Translations under genes and position numbers: made by a program
The notes under the pieces: generated by a model
Told to the model about the DNA's origin: nothing
The model's database searches: none
What the model saw: only the letters and a program-made list of their open reading frames with translations
Source: Okeania sp.
Lineage (GTDB): Bacteria > Cyanobacteriota > Cyanobacteriia > Cyanobacteriales > Microcoleaceae
Assembly (NCBI RefSeq): GCF_035285525.1
Contig: NZ_JAYKGW010000235.1
Span: forward strand, 28,317 to 60,316
DNA: 32,000 nucleotides
Reading direction: 5' to 3'
Shown: one piece after another, positions 26,457 through 32,000 of the stretch
Numbering within the stretch: position 1 is the stretch's first letter
Layout of the letters: the number at the start of each line of letters is the position of its first letter

Positions 26457-26860
26457 TCAGAAATTACCTCTAATTTAGGATTATAAATAATTAGTTTGAC
26501 TTGATAACGTTTCAGAGAACGTTGGATAAAAGGAAGCTGAAAAAAATTTTGATAAGCTTCTACAGGAATAGCTAAATAAACAATTCTGTCTGCTTCTTGT
26601 TCTTCAAGTGCTTGACAATAATTAAGATATTGACCTAAAGCAGTATGAAATGAGCTAATATCTGAATCTGCAATAAAACTTTTAATTTCTACAGCAATTT
26701 TTTCAGAACCTTTTTCTGCTGCAATAGCATTTTCTGCTGCTAAATCAATATGTAATTTGACAGCTTCACTAATTCTAATTGTAAAAGGATCGTGAGTAAT
26801 ATTCCATCCATCTTTGATTAAAGAATTTTTAACCTGTTGATGAAAAATGTCTTTTGCCAT
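26444..26860 (-). CDS. xisH: XisH (fdxN element excision controlling factor-like, endonuclease-fold) protein
   Basis: 138-aa ORF. MAKDIFHQQVKNSLIKDGWNITHDPFTI...DLAAE...IAVEIKSF is the typical XisH pattern. It overlaps xisI by 13 nt. Confidence 0.85.
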   Translation of the reverse strand: MAKDIFHQQVKNSLIKDGWNITHDPFTIRISEAVKLHIDLAAENAIAAEKGSEKIAVEIKSFIADSDISSFHTALGQYLNYCQALEEQEADRIVYLAIPVEAYQNFFQLPFIQRSLKRYQVKLIIYNPKLEVISEWIN

Positions 26861-26940
26861 TGTTGATAATTTTCATTATTGTTGGTAATTTTCTCTATAT
26901 AATTACTTACACAAAGACTCTATTGTACCTCCAATTTTTT

Positions 26941-27036
26941 CTAAGACATAGGGGGGAGATTAGTTATTATTGTTAATTTCTTGCTTAGGGTTAATTTACC
27001 AGCACCTGCATTGCCAAAAACTGCTACTTTTTTCAT
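26941..27036 (-). pseudogene. Stub of a P-loop NTPase/kinase gene
   Basis: AAGGAG lies upstream of the ATG at 27036. It encodes MKKVAVFGNAGAGKLTLSKKLTIITNLPPMS and then stops. This has a Walker A-like G.AGAGK start typical of small adenylate-kinase-like ATPases, but only 31 codons remain. Confidence 0.35.
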
Positions 27037-27058
27037 AAATTTTCTCCTTAAAGTTTAG

Positions 27059-27150
27059 ATATAAGAATCCTAAATAGGTTTTAATATTTTATCGCTGGCA
27101 GATGTTAAACTTTTCATTGCTAGAAACTAGCCTGATTTAGGATTCCTATA
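27059..27150. mobile_element. 92-bp MITE with TIRs tataagaatcctaaatagg / cctgatttaggattcctata
   Basis: The terminal inverted repeats are read directly. It shares an identical 29-mer, aatcctaaataggttttaatattttatcg (27066-27094), with 28366-28394. Confidence 0.65.
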
Positions 27151-27180
27151 TCATTAATGTAAAAATTATTCAAATGAAAC

Positions 27181-28255
27181 TTATAATTTTGACACTAAAT
27201 ATTTGACGTTTTCGACAGCTTCTTTATATCTATGTTTAGCCAATTTAATATTTTTTCCATCTGGCATTATAAAAGTTTCTCCTTGGTCAGGAAGTTGATG
27301 TAAAGGAATGCCAAGAGATGCAGAGACTTTTCCTGAAGAATGAAAATCTTTGACATTGGTAACATAAGCAGTTTGCCATCCACTGAGACAATCTAATGAA
27401 TTATTATTCTTAGTAAAATGTTCAGCAAATTTTTGATATTGTTCATAGCAAAAACTAATTAATTCTTCTCTAATTGAATTATAAGCATTAGCTACACCTT
27501 TATTGCTTGTGTAATTATTAAAAACAAATTGTTTTATTTTAGGTAATTTAAGCTCGAATCGCTGAACTTGTTTATTAAATGTGACAATATCACTCGCATA
27601 TTTTTTGAGAGATTCTGAAGGATATTGTTCATAAAGTAACATTAAAATCCCTTTAATTCCTTCTAATGAAGTAAAATCAGCCATCATAGGAATTATTAAA
27701 TAATCAGAAGAAAGTAACGCCATCTGTGTATAGATAGAAAAGCTAGGATTACAATCTATAAAAACAACTAACTCTTTGTATTTTTTCTTGTCAAATTCAC
27801 TTTGACATAATCTTTGTATTGCTGTCATGTAATCTTTCCATGCTGAAATTTTTGCTGGATTAATTACGGCATAATTAAGAGCTAAAGATAAAGATTCTAA
27901 AAAAGAATCACCAGCAATTAAATACAGATTTTTTTGGAATATGCTCATTATAGAGAGACGCTCGAACTTTATAAGTAGAATTTAATGATTTAAAGTCAGC
28001 ATTACCTTTCAAAATCCAATCAACAAAACCTACTACATTACGTCTTGAATAAGCTGATTGTAACTTTTGATTATTATCATATCCTTCCTTTCCGCCTCCA
28101 AGCAAAAATTGAGATATATTAGCTTGAGGACACATATCAATAACTAAAATTTGCTTCTCTGGATTTTGTTCAGCATACAATATTGAAGCATTGGAACATA
28201 AAGTTGTTTTACCAACACCACCTTTATTATTGTAAAAAGCATAAACTTTTGTCAT
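27181..28255 (-). pseudogene. ParA/MinD-superfamily ATPase disrupted by a +1 frameshift in an A7 run (T7 at 27939-27945 on the + strand)
   Basis: ORF 27908..28255 carries the deviant Walker A motif YNNKGGVGKTT. ORF 27181..27948 continues with NLYLIAGD...FIDCNPSFS...IIPMMADFTSLEG. Deleting one A from CCAAAAAAATCTG joins them as ..NEHIPKNLYLIAGD.. to give about 357 aa. Confidence 0.8.
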
Positions 28256-28354
28256 TTAACATTTCCTCTTAATCTAATAATATACATTTTTAGAAAAGGT
28301 TTTGAAACCCTGATAGCACTGTTCCAAAATTAATATTTTTGGAGAGGTCTAATA

Positions 28355-28455
28355 AATTAATATAGCATATAACAATCCTAAATAGGTTTTAATATTTTAT
28401 CGTAGGGATTTAGTCTCTAAACCAAAGCCCCAATGGAATTTGGAGAGAAAACCCC
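28355..28455. repeat. Copy of the aatcctaaatagg repeat family between the ParA-like pseudogene and the Cu-ATPase stop
   Basis: ataacaatcctaaataggttttaatattttatcgtagggatttagtctctaaacc...aaacccctacag. It is in the same orientation as, and exactly 1300 bp from, the copy at 27066. Confidence 0.6.
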
Positions 28456-28477
28456 TACAGTACAAGTATGAAAATTA

Positions 28478-30754
28478 CTATAGATTTATTTTTGGTCTAA
28501 ATTTTCTCAAACGTAAAGCATTTGTCACTACAGAAACCGAACTAAATGCCATTGCTCCTCCAGCAATAATTGGATTTAATAACCAACCTGTTAAAGGATA
28601 CAAAATACCGGCAGCAATAGGAATACCTAATACATTATAAATAAAGGCAAAAAACAGATTTTGCTGAATATTTCTCATTGTCGCCCGACTCAATTTAATT
28701 GCCGTAATAATACCACTTAAATCTCCAGAAATTAAAGTAATATCACTAGCAGCGATCGCTACGTCTGTTCCTGTTCCAATGGCTATTCCGACATCTGCTT
28801 GAGCTAATGCTGGAGCATCATTTATTCCATCTCCTACCATTGCCACAATTTGATGATTATCGGTTCTTTTTTTCTTTTCTAATTGCAGATTTTTGACAGT
28901 TTCAGCTTTTTGTTCTGGCAGCACTTCAGCAAATATTCTATTAATGCCAACTTCGGCAGCAATAACTTCTGCTGTTTGCCGATTATCTCCGGTTAACATG
29001 ACAACTTCTATTCCCATTTTTTGTAATGTTTGAACTACCTTTTTTGAGGATGATTTTAAAGTATCGGCTATACCAAATATTCCTTCAATTTTTCCATCAA
29101 CTGCTATCCAAGCAGTAGTTTTACCATCAGCTTCTAATTTATTTTGATTAGTTTGGAAATTACTAATCTCAATTCCTAATTTATTCATCCATCTAAAAGT
29201 ACCAATTTGTACTAATTTATCAGAAACAATTCCTTCTACTCCCATTCCCGAAATTGCCTCAAATTTTTCTGGTTCTGCTAAAGGAAATTCTATCCCTTGA
29301 GTTTGAGCATATTCAACAATAGCTTCTGCCAAAGGATGTTCTGATTTTCTCTCAACTGCTGCTGCTATTTTTAACAAATTAATTTCATTTTCATTGCCAA
29401 TTCCTTGAGTAGTTATATAATTAGTAACTTTAGGTTTTCCTTCGGTAAGTGTACCTGTTTTATCCAAAATAATTGCCTGAACTTGATGAGCAACTTCTAA
29501 ACTATCAGCACCCTTAATTAATATTCCATTTTCTGCACCTTTTCCAGTTGCCACCATCACAGAAGTAGGAGTAGCTAATCCCAAAGCACAAGGACAAGCA
29601 ATAATTAAAACACTAACAGTTGTAATTAACGACATAGTTAAATTTCCAGTCAAACTAAACCAGATAAAAAAAGTAGCGATCGCTATTCCCATAACAACAG
29701 GAACAAACCAAGAAATTACCATATCTGCTAATTTTTGAATTGGTGCTTTAGAACTTTGTGCCTGTTGAACTAATTTAATTATTTGAGCTAATACTGTATC
29801 TTTTCCAATTCTAGAAGCTTCAAATTTAAAACTACCAGTTTTATTAATTGTCGCCCCAATAACTTCATCCCCAGATTGTTTTTCTACAGGCAAACTTTCA
29901 CCAGTCACCATAGATTCATCTACTGTAGAATTACCTTTTTTTATTATTCCATCTACAGGAATTTTTTCCCCAGGGCGCACCACAATTAAATCGCCAATTT
30001 TTACTTGTTCAATAGGAATATCTATTTCTTTTTCCTCCCGAATAACTCTAGCAGTTTTTGCCTGTAAACCTATTAATTTTTCAATAGCTGCTGAAGTTTG
30101 TTTGCGAGCGCGATGTTCCAGAAGTCTGCCTAATAAAATTAGAGTAATAATAACCGCAGCAGCTTCATAATAAACATCAGGATTTAATCCTTGTCTAGTA
30201 AAAAAATCAGGAAAAAATGTTGGAAATAAAGAATATAAATAAGCTGCCCCCGTACCCAGGGCAACCAAAGTATTCATATCTACGGAATAATTTTTTAATC
30301 CTTTAAAAGCAGCAATAAAAAATGAAATACCGCACCAAAACATAACAGGAGTAGTTAATATTAATTGTAGCCAAGAATTATGTAACCATATTGGAATCCA
30401 AGGAATATTTAATCCAGTCATCATTGGCAACGAACCAATAATTAAAATTCCACTAATAACACCACCAAAAATTACTTTATTTGTCATTTCTTGTTCTAGA
30501 CGGCGATTTTCTCTCTCTTTTTCCGCCAGATTTATTGTTTGCTGAAGTGGTGTTGCTTCAAAACCAATATTTGTTACAGACTGTTGAATTTTGTGTAAAT
30601 TTGTTTGGTGAGAATTATACTTAACCGTTGCTTGTGCCATAGCAAAATTAACTTGACATTCTGCCACACCAGGTACATTTGTAATAGCTTTTTCAACTTT
30701 ATTAGCACAGCCAGCACAACTCATACCTTTTAGTTCTAAATATGTTATTTTCAT
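28478..30754 (-). CDS. Copper(I)-translocating P1B-1-type ATPase (CopA/PacS/CtaA-like)
   Basis: 758-aa ORF. It has an N-terminal HMA domain ([14 protein letters not shown]), TGES, CPC in TM6 ([11 protein letters not shown]), DKTGTLT and [10 protein letters not shown]. It also has the Cu(I) signatures YN-x4-P (YNVLGIP) and M-xx-SS (MAFSS). Confidence 0.95.
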   Translation of the reverse strand: MKITYLELKGMSCAGCANKVEKAITNVPGVAECQVNFAMAQATVKYNSHQTNLHKIQQSVTNIGFEATPLQQTINLAEKERENRRLEQEMTNKVIFGGVISGILIIGSLPMMTGLNIPWIPIWLHNSWLQLILTTPVMFWCGISFFIAAFKGLKNYSVDMNTLVALGTGAAYLYSLFPTFFPDFFTRQGLNPDVYYEAAAVIITLILLGRLLEHRARKQTSAAIEKLIGLQAKTARVIREEKEIDIPIEQVKIGDLIVVRPGEKIPVDGIIKKGNSTVDESMVTGESLPVEKQSGDEVIGATINKTGSFKFEASRIGKDTVLAQIIKLVQQAQSSKAPIQKLADMVISWFVPVVMGIAIATFFIWFSLTGNLTMSLITTVSVLIIACPCALGLATPTSVMVATGKGAENGILIKGADSLEVAHQVQAIILDKTGTLTEGKPKVTNYITTQGIGNENEINLLKIAAAVERKSEHPLAEAIVEYAQTQGIEFPLAEPEKFEAISGMGVEGIVSDKLVQIGTFRWMNKLGIEISNFQTNQNKLEADGKTTAWIAVDGKIEGIFGIADTLKSSSKKVVQTLQKMGIEVVMLTGDNRQTAEVIAAEVGINRIFAEVLPEQKAETVKNLQLEKKKRTDNHQIVAMVGDGINDAPALAQADVGIAIGTGTDVAIAASDITLISGDLSGIITAIKLSRATMRNIQQNLFFAFIYNVLGIPIAAGILYPLTGWLLNPIIAGGAMAFSSVSVVTNALRLRKFRPKINL

Positions 30755-30781
30755 AAAATTATTCCCTGATGATTATAGTAA

Positions 30782-30813
30782 AAGGCAGAAGGCAGAAGGC
30801 AGAAGGCAGAAGG
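30782..30813. repeat. Heptamer short tandem repeat (aggcaga x ~4.5), STRR-like
   Basis: aaggcagaaggcagaaggcagaaggcagaagg lies 28 bp upstream of the Cu-ATPase start codon. Further heptamer/octamer runs lie at 30900-30930 (taattaaa-type) and 31014-31048 (attatc. x5). Confidence 0.85.
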
Positions 30814-31130
30814 AAAAATCTTGCTTTATCTACGTTTTAGGCTGTTGATCTGTCCTAACCTTTGCTTCGACTACTATGAAGAAATATATTTACCGAAGAA
30901 TTAATAATTAAATAATTAAATAATTGAATAATTCAGGTTTAAAGCCTCCCCTTTGAAGGGGAATAAAATAAATTTTTTCCTTTGATTCAATCTTCTTCCT
31001 TTTCGGGAGAGGTAATTATCAATTATCCATTATCAATTATCTATTATTGAAAGCGGGTTCCACCTTGTTGAGGTATACCCACGGGGGCAAGATGCCCGCT
31101 ACTTGTCAACATTTAATTATTAATTATCTG

Positions 31131-31420
31131 TATCTTTAGAGGGCAAATAGCATTTGCCCCTACAAAATATTGTAAATTTATTAGGGCTTACGGAAATTCT
31201 GAAGTAATACCCTATCTTTAGAGGGCAAATGCCATTTGCCCCTACAAAATATTGTAAATTTATTAGGGCTTACGGAAATTCTGAAGTAATACTCTATCTT
31301 TAGAGGGCAAATGCCATTTGCCCCTACAAAATATTGTAAATTTATTAGGGCTTACGGAAATTCTGAAGTAATACTCTATGTTTAGAGAGCAAATGGCATT
31401 TGCCCCTACAAAATATGGTA
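31131..31420. repeat. Tandem repeat, period 82 bp, ~3.5 copies, each with a 19-bp palindromic core gggcaaatgccatttgccc
   Basis: Unit starts (tatctttagagggc / tatgtttagagagc) lie at 31131, 31213, 31295 and 31377. Whole units are repeated, so there are no unique spacers. Only the central bases of the palindrome vary (tag/tgc/tgc/tgg). Confidence 0.9.
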
Positions 31421-31492
31421 GTTTTGCGTAAATCTTAATCGTAAACTCTCAAGTTAACTTTAGATTCAAGTATAACTAAAGTCAAAATAGTT

Positions 31493-32000
31493 GCTACAAT
31501 TAATTTTATATTATATCCGTTAATCTCGGAGTGTATAAAAGTTAGGGAAATATATGTAGATATTTACAGCAATGCATGAGGATATTGAGGTAAAGTTATT
31601 TGCAGTTTAAGTATCCTGCTTCTTACAGCCTGGAAGGCTGTGTTACCAAAATTACTAACACAATTCTAGTCTTTATGAGGTCAAGTTATTTGCAGTTTAA
31701 GCATCCTGCTTCTTACAGCCTAGAAGGCTGTGTTACCAAAATTATTAACACAATTCTAGTCTTTATTTTGCACCTCACTAACTTGGAAATTGCTGTAATA
31801 TTCTTCCTTCTTTCTTACTTCTTACTTAATAAAACTGCTACAATTAATTTTATATTATATCGGTTAATATCGGAGTATATAAAAGTTAGGGAAATATATG
31901 TAGATATTTACAGCAATGCATGAGGATAGTGAGGTCAAGTTATTTGCAGTTTAAGCATCCTGCTTCTTACAGCCTAGAAGGCTGTGTTACCAAAATTACT
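31493..32000. repeat. Compound repeat: 343-bp period containing a 90-bp sub-repeat, running off the window end
   Basis: gctacaattaattttatattatat... starts at 31493 and 31836. ttatttgcagtttaag.atcctgcttcttacagcct.gaaggctgtgttaccaaaatta starts at 31597, 31687 and 31940. Confidence 0.8.

Noticed and set aside
28440-28640. 66-aa ORF (+) overlapping the 3' end of the Cu-ATPase
   Set aside because: It starts inside a MITE-like repeat and runs antisense to the ATPase, so it is a shadow ORF.
31131-31420. Possible CRISPR array (regularly spaced palindromic repeats)
   Set aside because: The entire 82-bp unit, including the would-be spacers, is repeated nearly identically. There are no unique spacers and no cas genes in the window. 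It is a plain tandem repeat.
31600-31923. 107-aa ORF in the ORF track
   Set aside because: It is composed entirely of the 90-bp/343-bp repeat units, and the protein itself repeats QFK.PASYSLEGCVTKI.NTILVF. There is no RBS or family resemblance, so it is almost certainly not a gene.
31131-32000. Iteron-type plasmid replication origin (tandem repeats plus a nearby ParA-like gene)
   Set aside because: No rep gene is present, and the ParA-like gene is broken and about 3 kb away across the ATPase gene. The unit lengths (82 to 343 bp) are atypical for iterons. The window is otherwise full of chromosomal housekeeping genes.
1-32000. tRNA, rRNA, riboswitch (cobalamin/Moco) or group II intron elements
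   Set aside because: I looked for T-loop-like GGTTCGAAT motifs, conserved riboswitch cores upstream of cobA and mobA, and intron domain V-like hairpins. None was recognisable by eye. A covariance-model scan (Infernal/Rfam, tRNAscan-SE) would be needed to exclude them formally.

Overview
This is a chromosomal segment of a filamentous, Nostocales-type cyanobacterium. The evidence is low GC, about 18 copies by eye of the HIP1 octamer GCGATCGC, xisH/xisI, DUF29 and GUN4-like genes, heptamer/octamer short tandem repeats, and MITE or hairpin repeats in almost every intergenic gap. Housekeeping genes read confidently from the translations: argJ, a GH57 glucan branching enzyme, wecB, mobA, cobA, a glutathione S-transferase and trmN6/yfiC. 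Signalling is represented by a REC-GAF-GGDEF diguanylate cyclase. A copper-homeostasis set is present: a Tat-exported multicopper oxidase, a DUF411/CopG-like protein and a P1B-1 Cu(I) ATPase. That set is split by about 4.8 kb of AT-rich accessory DNA. This patch carries a DUF488-DUF488-unknown three-gene cassette, an orphan xisH/xisI pair, a P-loop gene stub and a frameshifted ParA-like ATPase flanked by MITE copies. The two best candidates for undescribed biology are (i) the DUF488/DUF488/Cys-rich-unknown cassette at 23986-25899 and (ii) a 717-aa Macro + LOG/SLOG-like + GUN4-like + pentapeptide-repeat fusion at 4901-7054. Other notable points are a PaO/Tic55-type Rieske oxygenase interrupted by one in-frame TGA and a decayed DUF2442-like mini-gene with an in-frame TAA. 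There are also three tandem-repeat arrays (222 bp, 82 bp and 343/90 bp) and an 85-bp duplication that copies the 3' end of trmN6. I found no rRNA, tRNA or CRISPR array. All family assignments come from reading the translations by eye; no database search was run.
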